From a bacterium (GTDB lineage Bacteria; Margulisbacteria; Marinamargulisbacteria; GCA-2716485; JAYNIM01), in the NCBI GenBank assembly GCA_038109055.1, contig JAYNIM010000001.1, positions 459,365-523,364 on the forward strand: DNA of 64,000 nucleotides, written 5' to 3'. Positions 20,641-31,543 of this stretch are shown piece after piece. Position 1 is the stretch's first letter, and each line of letters starts with the position of its first letter. The translations under genes and the position numbers were made by a program. The notes under the pieces are model-generated. The model made no database searches. It was not told the origin of the DNA and saw nothing but the letters and a program-made list of their open reading frames with translations.

Positions 20641-21780
20641 GTGCATAATACAGTTAAAGATATTACAAGTGTTCCTTTATTAGATTTAAATACAGAGTAT
20701 GAGCCAATAGCTGATCAAGTTCTATCTGCTATTAAGACTGTTTATGAACATAAGCAGTTTATTAATGGGCCTGAAGTTTATGAGTTAGAACACGCTATCG
20801 CTTCGTATTGTGGGAGCCGTCATGCGGTGGGCTGCTCTTCTGGCACAGATGCCTTGCTACTATCTTTGATGTCTTTGGGGATTGGCAGCGGAGATGAGGT
20901 TATTACTACAACGTTTTCATTTTTTGCTACGGCTGGTTCTATTGCCAGAACAGGGGCTACCCCTGTTTTTGTTGATGTCAATCCACAAACTTTTAATATT
21001 GATCCTTCATTAATTGAAGCTAAAATCACCTCTAAAACCAAGGCGATTATGCCTGTTCATCTTTTTGGTCAAATGGCAGATATGGACCCTATCATGGCTA
21101 TTGCAAAAAAACATCATCTTTTTGTTATTGAGGATGCCGCTCAGGCCATTGGTGCTTCTTATACAAATGCTGATGGAGTCACAAAAAAAGCGGGTACAGT
21201 CGGAGATATTGGTTGCTTTTCTTTTTTTCCTAGTAAAAATTTGGGTTGTATGGGTGATGGGGGTATTGTGACATGTCATGATGATAGCTTAGCTGAGCAG
21301 CTAAATGTGATTAAAAATCATGGCTCTAAACCCAAATATTACCACTCTTTTGTTGGGGGTAATTTTAGGTTAGATACCCTACAGGCTGCGGTTTTAAATG
21401 TAAAATTACCTTATCTTAATGATCATCATAAAAAAAGACAGGAAAATGCCCTTTTTTATAATTCTCAACTTTCAGACTTACAGATACCCTTTGTCTTGGA
21501 CACACATTCTTCTATTTATAACCAATATACGCTCAATCTCTCAAACCGTGATAAGGTTATTTCTTCCTTAAATGATGCAAATATTGGGTCTTGTATTTAT
21601 TATCCTGTTCCTTTACATCTCCAACAATGCTTTGCTCACTTAGGGTATAAAAAAGGAGACTGCCCTATTGCTGAAACACTTTGCGATAACGTATTATCTA
21701 TCCCTATTTTTTCAGGTTTAACTACAGAGCATTTGGATTATGTTGTCACCCACTTGCGTGAGGCTATTAGCACGCATTAA
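20641..21780 (+). CDS. DegT-family aminotransferase (WbpE/WlbC-like)
   Basis: SSGTDAL, EDAAQAIG, SFFPSKNLGCMGDGG, GGNFRLDTLQAA. Confidence 0.9.
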   Translation: MHNTVKDITSVPLLDLNTEYEPIADQVLSAIKTVYEHKQFINGPEVYELEHAIASYCGSRHAVGCSSGTDALLLSLMSLGIGSGDEVITTTFSFFATAGSIARTGATPVFVDVNPQTFNIDPSLIEAKITSKTKAIMPVHLFGQMADMDPIMAIAKKHHLFVIEDAAQAIGASYTNADGVTKKAGTVGDIGCFSFFPSKNLGCMGDGGIVTCHDDSLAEQLNVIKNHGSKPKYYHSFVGGNFRLDTLQAAVLNVKLPYLNDHHKKRQENALFYNSQLSDLQIPFVLDTHSSIYNQYTLNLSNRDKVISSLNDANIGSCIYYPVPLHLQQCFAHLGYKKGDCPIAETLCDNVLSIPIFSGLTTEHLDYVVTHLREAISTH

Positions 21781-21804
21781 TTTAGCCGTTATAGGCTAGT
21801 AGTT

Positions 21805-22788
21805 ATGTATATTTTGGGCATTGAAAGTTCCTGTGACGAAACTGCGGTGGCTGTTGTAAAAGATGGTAATCAGGTACTAAGTAATTGTGTCTATTCCCAA
21901 ATAAACGCCCATAAAACCAAGGGAGGGGTGGTTCCTGACCTTGCTTCTCGCCTTCACTGTAAACATATCAACCCTCTTATCGAAAAAAGTTTACATGATG
22001 CAAATCTTGAATGGTCTAACCTTGATGCAATTGCTGTTACTCAAGGTCCTGGTTTAGAAGCCTCTCTTTTGGTCGGTATTTCTGCAGCTAAAACATTGGC
22101 TCACTGCTGTCAGTTACCGTTAATCCCTGTCAATCATTTACATGGTCATATATATGCTCACTTTTTAAGTGTAACTCCGCCCAGCTTCCCGTTTATTACC
22201 TTGTTGGTATCTGGAGGAAATACTCTTTTGTGTCTTGTAAAAAACCATTATGATTTTGACTTAATTGGCGCTACTCGTGATGATGCCGCTGGTGAAGCTT
22301 TTGATAAAATTGGGCGTTATTTAGGACTGGGCTACCCTGCAGGTCCTAAAATTGAACGACTTGCAAACCATGCCTCTGACCTCAAAATCCCTTTTCCTAA
22401 ACCTATGCTTCATGATGGTCTGGATTTCAGTTTTTCTGGCTTAAAAACAGCGGTTATGACCTATATTGATCAAAACCCTGATGTTGCTAAAGAAGATATT
22501 TGTTCGAATGTACAAAGTACAATTATAGAACTTTTATTTCATAAAAGTCTGAGTGCTTGTAAACAGTATGATTGCTTTAATTTGGCAATTACTGGGGGTG
22601 TCGCGGCTAATCAAACATTGTCTACTTATTTTAGCGATCACTGCAAAACTGAAGGGTTATCCTTTTTTGGCCTTCCTCGAAATTTATGTACAGATAATGC
22701 TGCTATGATTGCAACTGCTGCTTATTATAAAGCTACCTTTACAACATTTAACTCAAGCTGTGAAGTAAATCCTAGTTTGACACTATGA
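21805..22788 (+). CDS. tsaD: tRNA N6-adenosine threonylcarbamoyltransferase
   Basis: ILGIESSCDET, GGVVP, NHLHGH, DDAAGEAFDK, FSFSGLKT, CTDNAAMIA. Confidence 0.96.
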   Translation: MYILGIESSCDETAVAVVKDGNQVLSNCVYSQINAHKTKGGVVPDLASRLHCKHINPLIEKSLHDANLEWSNLDAIAVTQGPGLEASLLVGISAAKTLAHCCQLPLIPVNHLHGHIYAHFLSVTPPSFPFITLLVSGGNTLLCLVKNHYDFDLIGATRDDAAGEAFDKIGRYLGLGYPAGPKIERLANHASDLKIPFPKPMLHDGLDFSFSGLKTAVMTYIDQNPDVAKEDICSNVQSTIIELLFHKSLSACKQYDCFNLAITGGVAANQTLSTYFSDHCKTEGLSFFGLPRNLCTDNAAMIATAAYYKATFTTFNSSCEVNPSLTL

Positions 22789-24119
22789 ACATTAATTTAA
22801 AGGTTAATCTTGCGCAAAAACTAACATTATCTCAGTCTTTACACCCTTCTCTTCTTCAAAAATTTAAAATACTTCAATACTCTTACCATGATTTGCAACG
22901 TAGTATTGAAGAAAGTTGTCAGGATAATATTATGTTGGATATCACTGATAACTATATTCCAATAAAAAGTAGTCAACTTTCATATTCTAACCATGATGAA
23001 GATGTTCGTTCTCTGGCTATTTCTGATTTAGAACCTGTATCATTAGAGGATTATTTACTCAAACAAGTCAAACTTATTGGGCTTCCTTTATCTGATTTTC
23101 GTGTGATTTCTTTTTTAATCCATTCGCTAGATGAACGTGGTTATTTTACTGATTTTTCTGCTATTGAGAAGAAGGCTCTTGATCGATTTTCACTTTCAAA
23201 ACGCAAATTATTATCTTTGTTAAAAATTTTACAGAATCTAGAACCCGATGGCGTAGGGGCTAGATCGTTATCTGAATGTTTGGCTCTTCAAGTTGAGCAT
23301 TATAACTTTGAGGATCCCTCATTAAAAAAGCCTATCTTGGCTGTTGTTAAACATCATTTACAGGCTATTTCTGAGAAAAAGTTTAAATCCGTTGCTATAT
23401 CATTATCGCTTCCTGAAAATGGCATTATCGCTATTGCTGATTTTATCAAGCAAAACTTGGACCCTAGTCCCTGTTCGAAATTCATTCAATCTCATACAAG
23501 CTATATACGACCGTCATTTAAAGTAGAATTAAGTAATAATCAATTAAAACTGCTTAATTTAGAAACTAGCTCCGGGCCTACTCTTTCCCTTTCTTCTCGT
23601 TATCAACACCTGTTAAATGAGGCCAAAGGAGATGCTTCTGCAACCGTATTTCTTACTCAACAACTGAAGAAAGCCAAGGAACTTATTTCTGCGATCAATC
23701 ATCGCGAAGATCACTTAAACAAACTAGTCAAAACCTTACTTTCTAAACAAGAGGCTGCTTTTCGACATGGCCTAGCGTATTTAACACCTTTATCTCAAAA
23801 ATCCTTATCTCAGGAGCTCTCATTATCTCCGTCTATGATATCCCGAACCTTAAGTCAAAAATATGTTGAGACTCCATTTGGACTTTTATCTTTAAGACAA
23901 TTTTGTCCCCGTAATTATTTTGGATTTACAAAAGAACGCTTTTTGCAAGTTATCAAACATGTCCTTGAAGAATTTCCTAGAGCAAGTGATCAACAAATTT
24001 CGCGCACCTTGATAGAAAGAGGTATCTCAATCGCACGTCGTACAATTGCTAAATATCGCCATGAATTAGCGATCCCTGCTCGTTTTATGGCAGTTCCTCG
24101 TTCATCATCATCGCTATGA
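22785..24119 (+). CDS. rpoN: RNA polymerase sigma-54 factor
   Basis: LDERGY, LEPDGVGARSLSECLALQ, RpoN box ARRTIAKYR. Confidence 0.92.
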   Translation: MNINLKVNLAQKLTLSQSLHPSLLQKFKILQYSYHDLQRSIEESCQDNIMLDITDNYIPIKSSQLSYSNHDEDVRSLAISDLEPVSLEDYLLKQVKLIGLPLSDFRVISFLIHSLDERGYFTDFSAIEKKALDRFSLSKRKLLSLLKILQNLEPDGVGARSLSECLALQVEHYNFEDPSLKKPILAVVKHHLQAISEKKFKSVAISLSLPENGIIAIADFIKQNLDPSPCSKFIQSHTSYIRPSFKVELSNNQLKLLNLETSSGPTLSLSSRYQHLLNEAKGDASATVFLTQQLKKAKELISAINHREDHLNKLVKTLLSKQEAAFRHGLAYLTPLSQKSLSQELSLSPSMISRTLSQKYVETPFGLLSLRQFCPRNYFGFTKERFLQVIKHVLEEFPRASDQQISRTLIERGISIARRTIAKYRHELAIPARFMAVPRSSSSL

Positions 24120-24155
24120 CTTCATAATCTAGTATGCGTTAACTTTTATGTCGCT

Positions 24156-24872
24156 TTATGTTCTTTCAAATATATCTGTCATACTTTCCAGATATGCTAA
24201 ATCTTGTGGCCAGGTACATTTGATATTTTGTCTTTCACCTTGCACAACATGTACCTTAATTCCAGCCTTTTCAACGAGCTGTGCCTCATCACTTAATAAG
24301 CTTAACTCTCTATTAGATCCCGCTTTTTTATAACAATCCTTCAATAAGGAACTATCAAAACACTGTGGTGTTTGAATAGCACATAGTTGATCTCTATTGA
24401 CGGTATTGAGGACTAACTTTTCTTTATTAACTTGTTTGATGGTATCTACCACAGAAATACCTGGAATGACTGCTTGATGCGTATCTGAGGCCTGTAATAT
24501 TCGTTCGATTAAGACCAATGATATCGCTGGTCTAGCTGCATCATGTATCATGATTTTATCACAGGATTCACCTGCCTTCTCAACAGCCTTTTGAACGGAT
24601 AAAAAACGGGTTTTATCTCCTAATATAACCTGAGTTTTTGGTACCTGAGCTGTTGTTTTTATCATACTTGTTAAATATGTTTTTATCTCTTTCTCATTGT
24701 GCTCATTACAGGTGATGATTATTTTTGTAATTAGCTGAGGATACTTAACAGATAATTTATAAAATACAGTCAGACTATGTGCAAATAACGGTTTTCCTTT
24801 CAACATGACCATGGCTTTGTCCTGACCAAAGCGCTGTCCGGTTCCAGCAGCCGTAATGACGACTGCAATCAT
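24156..24872 (-). CDS. ispD: 2-C-methyl-D-erythritol 4-phosphate cytidylyltransferase
   Basis: AAGTGQRFG..K, IHDAARP, VDTIK, QTPQCF, NIKCT; ATGA overlap with trpA stop gives start 24872. Confidence 0.93.
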   Translation of the reverse strand: MIAVVITAAGTGQRFGQDKAMVMLKGKPLFAHSLTVFYKLSVKYPQLITKIIITCNEHNEKEIKTYLTSMIKTTAQVPKTQVILGDKTRFLSVQKAVEKAGESCDKIMIHDAARPAISLVLIERILQASDTHQAVIPGISVVDTIKQVNKEKLVLNTVNRDQLCAIQTPQCFDSSLLKDCYKKAGSNRELSLLSDEAQLVEKAGIKVHVVQGERQNIKCTWPQDLAYLESMTDIFERT

Positions 24873-25648
24873 GGTTGTAAGTTCAAGAGTTCGTTTCTTA
24901 GTGCACGCAATTGTGTTTGTGGACACTGCTTGTTTTGAGCTAAAAACCGCACAAAATAAGACCCGACTATGGCGGCATCTGCTATCTGACAAACCTCTTG
25001 AACCTGCTGTTTACTACTAATCCCAAACCCTATTGCTACAGGTATATCCTTTATTGCTTTTATAGCAGCTACCTGTGTAGCTAAGGTATCTGATAACGTT
25101 GCTTGCTCGCCAGTCACACCTACCCTAGACATGAGATACACAAAGCCCGTGCTTGCTTCTACGATTTGTTTTAATCTCTCTTTGCTACATAAAGGAGAGA
25201 CTAAAAAAATAAGATCTACGCTATTTTTCTTTGCTGCCTTAATATAGCGATCTGCTGTGTCTGGATTTAGATCTGGCACTATAAGACCTGCTAAGTGATG
25301 GGCATTTGCAGCTTCAAAAAAGGCCTCTATTCCATAGCGAAAAACTAAATTTGCTGCTGCCATAAATATCAAGGGAACGTCGCTAGATGTTGCTAATTTT
25401 GATACCAGTCTAAGTGCCATGTCTACACTCATATCTGGGGCCTCCTCTAGTGCTCGATGATGTGAGGCTTGAATGATAGGTCCATCCGCAATTGGATCAG
25501 AAAAAGGGAGGCCAATTTCTATGGCACTTACATCAGCGTTTATGGCTTCTTGAATAATGTGTTCTGTTTGTTCAAGTGATGGATCCCCGCAAGTAAAATA
25601 TGGAATCAACCCTTGTTTTTCTTTTAATCGTTGTTCTAGTTTAGACAT
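24869..25648 (-). CDS. trpA: Tryptophan synthase alpha chain
   Basis: [41 protein letters not shown]. Confidence 0.96.
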   Translation of the reverse strand: MSKLEQRLKEKQGLIPYFTCGDPSLEQTEHIIQEAINADVSAIEIGLPFSDPIADGPIIQASHHRALEEAPDMSVDMALRLVSKLATSSDVPLIFMAAANLVFRYGIEAFFEAANAHHLAGLIVPDLNPDTADRYIKAAKKNSVDLIFLVSPLCSKERLKQIVEASTGFVYLMSRVGVTGEQATLSDTLATQVAAIKAIKDIPVAIGFGISSKQQVQEVCQIADAAIVGSYFVRFLAQNKQCPQTQLRALRNELLNLQP

Positions 25649-26807
25649 GGGACGCAGTAATTGACCTTAAGTCTTTATCTCCTCTACCGGATAAATTAAT
25701 CACGATTAGGTTATTTTTAAGTTCAGTTTTGAAAAGATAAGCAAAAGCATGCGCTGTTTCTAAAGCGGGTATAATCCCTTCTAATTGAGATAATTCTTTG
25801 CAAGCTGCCACGGCTTCCTTATCAGTTATTGCTGCTACTTTTATACGTTTCGTATCATATAACTGACACAATTCAGGACCGACCCCTGGATAATCTAAAC
25901 CCGCTGAAATTGAATGAGCTATTTGGATCTGACCAGTTTTGCTTTGCAGTATTTTATTTAATGACCCATGCAAAATACCTTTAATTCCTTTAGATAATGA
26001 TGCTGCATGTGCGTTAGAGTCTAAGCCTTCTCCAGCTGCTTCGACCGCAATTAAGTCTATCTCCTTATGCGGGATAAAGGGGTAAAAGATTCCCATTGCG
26101 TTTGATCCACCACCAACACAGGCAATAATTTTATCTGGCAAACGTCCTTCATAGGCGCGTATTTGCTCGATTGTTTCATCCCCAATAATGCGTTGAAAAT
26201 CTCTTACTATGGTTGGGAATGGATGTGGGCCCAATACTGACCCCATACAATAATGACTCGTTTCTACATGCTCAATCCAATAGCGCATAGCCTCGGTTGT
26301 CGCTTCTTTTAATGTTTCTGAACCGAACTCTACTTTTCTTACATCAGCGCCTAATAATTGCATACGTTGTACGTTAAGTGCTTGCCGTTTGTAATCTACT
26401 GCCCCCATAAATATGATCGCCTTCACCCCTAAGTTTGCTGCGGCTGTGGCAGTTGCTACGCCGTGTTGCCCTGCCCCTGTTTCTGCTATAATGTATTTTT
26501 TACCTAGTTCTTTTGCTAATAATACTTGTCCCACCGTATTGTTTATTTTATGGGCGCCTGTATGTGCTAGGTCTTCTCGTTTAAGATAGACTGACGCCTG
26601 GTATTTTTCGCTTAAATTTTTAGCTTTATACAGAGGGGTTGGCCTTCCTACAAAATCACTCAAATATTTTTTTAGCTCTTGTTGAAATTTAGGCTCTTTC
26701 TTTTTCTTGTTATAAGCCGCTTCAATGTCATTTAATGCTGACACTAAGGTATCAGGTACAAAGGCGCCTCCATATGGACCGAAATACCCCTTGTTTTTAT
26801 CTGTCAT
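25641..26807 (-). CDS. trpB: Tryptophan synthase beta chain
   Basis: [44 protein letters not shown]. Confidence 0.97.
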   Translation of the reverse strand: MTDKNKGYFGPYGGAFVPDTLVSALNDIEAAYNKKKKEPKFQQELKKYLSDFVGRPTPLYKAKNLSEKYQASVYLKREDLAHTGAHKINNTVGQVLLAKELGKKYIIAETGAGQHGVATATAAANLGVKAIIFMGAVDYKRQALNVQRMQLLGADVRKVEFGSETLKEATTEAMRYWIEHVETSHYCMGSVLGPHPFPTIVRDFQRIIGDETIEQIRAYEGRLPDKIIACVGGGSNAMGIFYPFIPHKEIDLIAVEAAGEGLDSNAHAASLSKGIKGILHGSLNKILQSKTGQIQIAHSISAGLDYPGVGPELCQLYDTKRIKVAAITDKEAVAACKELSQLEGIIPALETAHAFAYLFKTELKNNLIVINLSGRGDKDLRSITASHV

Positions 26808-27589
26808 AATAAGGACTTAATTTCATCTATATGTGTTTTTGTATGTTCGTAGCCTAGTTCAATAAGTCTCTTACCCCGTCTAACATTAAAAGACGTAAAA
26901 CGCTCCGTAACAGGGTATAAAACTATATCGGCTTCTTTAGCTAAATAGCTTGAAATACTATTAAGTAAAATATCTAAACCTCGATCTACTAATGTTGCGA
27001 CATTATGTGGTAGGGTTTTAATCGTAATTTTGGGAATAACATCTACCCCTATGACAATATCTGCCCCCATCTCTTTTACAACATTACAAGGTAAATTAAA
27101 GGCTGCACCACCATCAAAATAATAAACCCCATTAATTTCTGTTGGTTCATAAATTCCGGGAAAAGAAGTACTTGCTCTTACTGCAAGTCCAATTTCTAAT
27201 TCTGGATCCGTTAATTTTACCCCTTTACCCGTTAAAATATCAGTGACTAAGATACTTATGGGTATTTTAAAATCTTTTATTCTTTTCTTACCAATATATT
27301 TTTCTAGTAGTTCTTGAATTGGTTTTGATGATACGAGACTTCTCCGTGATAGTTTGAACCTAGAAAAATTACTCCAAGTAAGATTACTGCCTATTTCCAC
27401 TATTTTATCGATATCAATACCTGCACCGTATAATGACGCAACAACAGATCCTGCACTTGTAGCAGCGATATAATCAATTGGTATTTTATGTTCTAATAAT
27501 GCTTTAATGACACCTACATGCGCGATTCCTCTTGCAGCGCCACCCCCAAGTGCGACCCCTACAGTTTTCCTTTTTTTATTAGCTGTCAT
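26804..27589 (-). CDS. Patatin-like phospholipase (RssA/NTE family)
   Basis: [13 protein letters not shown] nucleophile elbow, DGG. Confidence 0.9.
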   Translation of the reverse strand: MTANKKRKTVGVALGGGAARGIAHVGVIKALLEHKIPIDYIAATSAGSVVASLYGAGIDIDKIVEIGSNLTWSNFSRFKLSRRSLVSSKPIQELLEKYIGKKRIKDFKIPISILVTDILTGKGVKLTDPELEIGLAVRASTSFPGIYEPTEINGVYYFDGGAAFNLPCNVVKEMGADIVIGVDVIPKITIKTLPHNVATLVDRGLDILLNSISSYLAKEADIVLYPVTERFTSFNVRRGKRLIELGYEHTKTHIDEIKSLL

Positions 27590-27600
27590 TTCAACTAGTG

Positions 27601-28899
27601 TTAGTTAACTAATTTACGTTCTCTGTCTTCCTCTGTCCCTTCTTGAGACTCTTTTTGATTTTCTCGCTTTATTTGCTTAATACTTAAACCAATTTTCTGT
27701 TCATCTGGTATCATTTTAATAATTTTTGCCTCTAAAACATCATCTTCTTTGGCAAAAGATTGAATATCTTGAATATGATCTTGGCTCAACTCAGAAATAT
27801 GGATCAATCCTTCTAAATGTTCTTCCAGTTCTACAAATATCCCAAAGTTTACGATACGTGTTACTTTTACTTGGACAACCTGTCCTAACTCATATTTCTG
27901 AGCAGCCTCCACCCAAGGGTCAGGTTGTAACTGCTTTACACCTAAGGAAATTCTGCCTGTTGTTTTGTTAACCCCTAAAATAAATACATCTAACTCTTCC
28001 CCAATATTTACTAGTTCAGAGGGATGATTAATACGTGACCAAGACAATTCAGAAATATGTACTAATCCTTCGATACCTCCTACATCAACAAAGACACCAA
28101 AATCTTTAATACTTGTCACTTTTCCTACTCGAATTTGTCCCATTTCAAAAGAGTCTAAGTCAACGGCTACTTTTTCTACCGTAGTATTTTCAGCTTGTTT
28201 GTGAGAGAAAATTATTTTTCTTCTTTTTCTATCTGCTTGTAAAGGTATTACCCTTAATGTTTTATTTTTAAAATCTCCCAGCTCTTGCTCTGCGTCTAAT
28301 TGTACCTGTGACGCAGGAATAAACCCTTTAATTTCCTCGTAGGAAGCAACCAATCCGCCTTTAACGCTAGAATTAACGATAATTTCTACAGTAGTTCGAT
28401 GTTTCATTGCGTCTAATAATGTTTCCCAATTTTCTTCGTATAACGCTTTTTTTCTTGAAAGCATTGTGCAGCCTTCTTTATTTTCTAATTTTTCAATGTA
28501 TACGCTCAACTCTTCACCAGGCATTAATTTTTTTGCTAATGACTGCCCAACTTCACTCATGGGTACAAATCCTTCAGACTTATAATTTATATCTAAGAAT
28601 ATTCCACTTTTTTCAATTTTTGTAATTACCCCTTTGATGATATCTCCTTCTTGATAATCAATAACGGTTTGTTCAATTTGTTGTTCAAATAAATTTTCTT
28701 TCGCTATTTTCTCTTTGACTATATCTGTTTTGACTTGTTTTTTAGGTTTTGTTTTTGTTTCTTTTTCTGTACTAGTTTCATCTAAATTAAGACTTTTTTC
28801 AAACTCAGATACCGCTCCTATTTTGGTTGGTTTAAACTCTTCCTTTTGGACAAAATCAAATGTTTCGTCTTCCTGTATTTGCTTGTTATCTTTGTCCAT
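27601..28899 (-). CDS. rpsA: 30S ribosomal protein S1 (four S1 domains plus charged N-terminal extension)
   Basis: Four S1 repeats, e.g. FGVFVDVGGIEGLVHISELSW and FGIFVELEEHLEGLIHISELS; GGAG RBS upstream. Confidence 0.92.
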   Translation of the reverse strand: MDKDNKQIQEDETFDFVQKEEFKPTKIGAVSEFEKSLNLDETSTEKETKTKPKKQVKTDIVKEKIAKENLFEQQIEQTVIDYQEGDIIKGVITKIEKSGIFLDINYKSEGFVPMSEVGQSLAKKLMPGEELSVYIEKLENKEGCTMLSRKKALYEENWETLLDAMKHRTTVEIIVNSSVKGGLVASYEEIKGFIPASQVQLDAEQELGDFKNKTLRVIPLQADRKRRKIIFSHKQAENTTVEKVAVDLDSFEMGQIRVGKVTSIKDFGVFVDVGGIEGLVHISELSWSRINHPSELVNIGEELDVFILGVNKTTGRISLGVKQLQPDPWVEAAQKYELGQVVQVKVTRIVNFGIFVELEEHLEGLIHISELSQDHIQDIQSFAKEDDVLEAKIIKMIPDEQKIGLSIKQIKRENQKESQEGTEEDRERKLVN

Positions 28900-29021
28900 T
28901 TTATGCTCCTATAAGATCCATTAAAATCCTAAAAAAATCTTTTAATCTCATATATTAACATTTTTTTTATTAGTTGCCTACAATGTAGTGTATTTAGATT
29001 TCTTGATTGTTGAAACAATCT

Positions 29022-29762
29022 CTATCTATGCGTTTTTATATCATTATAAGTTTTTATTTCATTATAATTCCTAAGTATATCTTCTATGTACTTTTTTGTT
29101 TTAGGGTCTACGCCTGTCTTTTTTACCCCAGTAAACCCTTTGTAGTAAGATGCCAATGCCATATATATATTTTCTTTATTATCTGTTCCCTTTTTATTTG
29201 TTTGTATATTCTTATCTTTTATCTGCCATTTCTGTATCATTTTACTTAAATATGTGACTGTCCCTTTTACATTTTGCTTTATATTAAATGAATTATTAAT
29301 ATCTAAATCTTTCTTATTAAAATCTTTAATTTGCCCCAAACCTTTTGCACCTGTCTTACTAATTGCATTTCGGTTAAAACTAGATTCTCGAGCAATAAGT
29401 GCAGCTGACATTTTTGGATCTATTCCCGACTTTTTGCTATATCTTGTTATGTATAATGCGATTAATTTAGCTTCTTCTTTGTCTTTTAATTTATATTTTT
29501 TATAGATGTAATTGTAAATTGCATTATAATCTTGCTGTTCTTTTCTATTACTAAATTTTATATTTTTTGTTAACTCTGCTTCTTTTTTTGCATGATACCC
29601 CTGTCTTTGCTGTTCATTAATGTAGCTTAATTTCCTATGTTTAAATGTTTCTACTTGTCCTTTTTTTTGTTTTTTAGACTCCTTTGTCCCTGCTACTTTT
29701 CCACTTTGATTGATGATTAATACAAATGAAAGTGCTACAATGGGGATAACAAATCCGCTCAT
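29022..29762 (-). CDS. SLT-domain lytic transglycosylase with N-terminal anchor
   Basis: ALIARESSFN (catalytic Glu), GAKGLGQ, ALASYYKG, TKKYIEDI. Confidence 0.85.
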   Translation of the reverse strand: MSGFVIPIVALSFVLIINQSGKVAGTKESKKQKKGQVETFKHRKLSYINEQQRQGYHAKKEAELTKNIKFSNRKEQQDYNAIYNYIYKKYKLKDKEEAKLIALYITRYSKKSGIDPKMSAALIARESSFNRNAISKTGAKGLGQIKDFNKKDLDINNSFNIKQNVKGTVTYLSKMIQKWQIKDKNIQTNKKGTDNKENIYMALASYYKGFTGVKKTGVDPKTKKYIEDILRNYNEIKTYNDIKTHR

Positions 29763-31456
29763 GTTTCTTGCAGTACTCTCATTATTTCTTTTTGATCCCC
29801 ATGTTTTTTGATTGATGTTTCACGGTAGCAGTATTCAAATGTTTGCTTTTCTAGGAACCCCTTCCCCACAATAATTTGCAATGGAATCCCAATCAAGTCT
29901 GCATCTTTAAATTTCACACCTGCTGATATATGTCGATCATCGATTAATATATCCATCTTTTTTTCTATGCATATTTTATATAATTCCTCTGCTGCCTGAC
30001 ATAAGGTTTCATTTTTCATGGAAGTAATAATAATGACTGCTTGAAAGGGTGCTATCGCTTTGGGCCAGATGATGCCTTTTTCGTCGTGAGATTGTTCAAT
30101 TGCAGCAGCTACAGTTCTCCCGATACCTATACCGTAGCACCCCATCTGTACCGGCTGTTGTTTTGCCTCTTTATCTAAAAAGCTTGCGTGTAATTTTTGA
30201 GCATATATACTGCCTAATTTAAATATATGACCGACTTCAATACCACGATGAAACGTCAATGTACTCTCTTTTTTGAAGGGAGAGTTTTCTCCTTCCACAG
30301 GAAAACGTAAATCTGCATAGTGCTGAATATTTAATTGTTCCCGTGTGATGTTTGTATAATGATACTCCTTTTCGTTAGCACCTATGAGCATTTTGGTCAT
30401 TGTTTTAATAGAGAAATCAGCAATTAAAGGAATATTTTGTGGAAATTTATACGGACCTAAATAACCACAGTCTAACCCAACTATATTTTTAATTTCTTTG
30501 TCTGTTGCTAAACGAAGATGCGTGGCTTTCAAGAATTTTTTTAGTTTGATCTCATTGATTTGATGATCACCTCTTACTAAGACTGCCTTTGCTTGTTCAT
30601 CACTCATGTATACCAGTAATTTTACGCACTCATTTGCTGCATATTGTAATTTTTTACTCAGCTCTTCGATGCTTGTTATACCAGGCGTGTGATGTTTCGT
30701 TACTTTTATATTTTTATCGCTTATTGCTGTTTGAGGTTCAGGAAAAGAAAATGCTTCACGATTACAACTTATGTTGCTTGCTTTACACGTTACAATGGCA
30801 TCTTCCCCATTTTTTGCCAATACCATAAATTCTGCGGAGTCTGATCCGCCTATAGTACCGGAATCTGCTGTCACGACCGAAAATTTAAGCTGACATCTCT
30901 TAAATATCTTTTCGTAGATATCTCTCATTTTTTCATAATATCTATTTAAATCCTCTTTACTCTCATGAAAACTATAGGCATCTTTCATCACAAACTCCCG
31001 TCCCCGCATTAAGCCGAAACGAGGCCTCACTTCATCTCTAAATTTAGTGGTAATTTGATACAAACATAGCGGTAATTGTTTGTAGGATTTTAGGTTCTGA
31101 GCAATCAAATCAGTGACGACTTCTTCATGTGTTGGACCCAAGCAATACTCGTTTTCCTGTCTGTCTTTAAATCTTAAAAGTTCCTTACCATATTTATCCC
31201 AACGTTCTGACTTCTTCCAAAGGCTTGAGGGACATACCATTGGCATCATGAGTTCTTGTGCGTTGCCTTTGCTTAACTCTTCACGCACAATTTGTTCAAC
31301 CTTTTTGCATACCTTAAGTCCTAAGGGCAATAAGGTATAAATTCCCGATGCAAGCTTTTTAATAAACCCAGCTCTTTGAAGAAGTTGGTGACTTATAACG
31401 TCAGCGTCTTTTGGTACTTCTTTAAGGGTTGGACAAAATAAGTTTGAAAATCTCAT
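29759..31456 (-). CDS. proS: Proline--tRNA ligase
   Basis: SHQLLQRAG, GPTHEE, KFRDEVRPRFGLMRGREF, editing insertion, GCYGIG. Confidence 0.97.
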   Translation of the reverse strand: MRFSNLFCPTLKEVPKDADVISHQLLQRAGFIKKLASGIYTLLPLGLKVCKKVEQIVREELSKGNAQELMMPMVCPSSLWKKSERWDKYGKELLRFKDRQENEYCLGPTHEEVVTDLIAQNLKSYKQLPLCLYQITTKFRDEVRPRFGLMRGREFVMKDAYSFHESKEDLNRYYEKMRDIYEKIFKRCQLKFSVVTADSGTIGGSDSAEFMVLAKNGEDAIVTCKASNISCNREAFSFPEPQTAISDKNIKVTKHHTPGITSIEELSKKLQYAANECVKLLVYMSDEQAKAVLVRGDHQINEIKLKKFLKATHLRLATDKEIKNIVGLDCGYLGPYKFPQNIPLIADFSIKTMTKMLIGANEKEYHYTNITREQLNIQHYADLRFPVEGENSPFKKESTLTFHRGIEVGHIFKLGSIYAQKLHASFLDKEAKQQPVQMGCYGIGIGRTVAAAIEQSHDEKGIIWPKAIAPFQAVIIITSMKNETLCQAAEELYKICIEKKMDILIDDRHISAGVKFKDADLIGIPLQIIVGKGFLEKQTFEYCYRETSIKKHGDQKEIMRVLQET

Positions 31457-31543
31457 GATATTCAAATTCTAGCAAATTGTTGTCGAATTTTCGATTGTCC
31501 GTCACAATATAGAATTATATTATGTTGTTAAGTAGTTTCTTTT

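Noticed and set aside
24873..24992. N-terminal extension of IspD in the ORF track
   Set aside because: Overlaps trpA; the ATGA-coupled start at 24872 gives a normal IspD
26804..27589. Patatin as an anti-phage (CBASS-type) effector
   Set aside because: No cyclase or defence genes nearby; it sits in a housekeeping rpsA-trpB-trpA-ispD run
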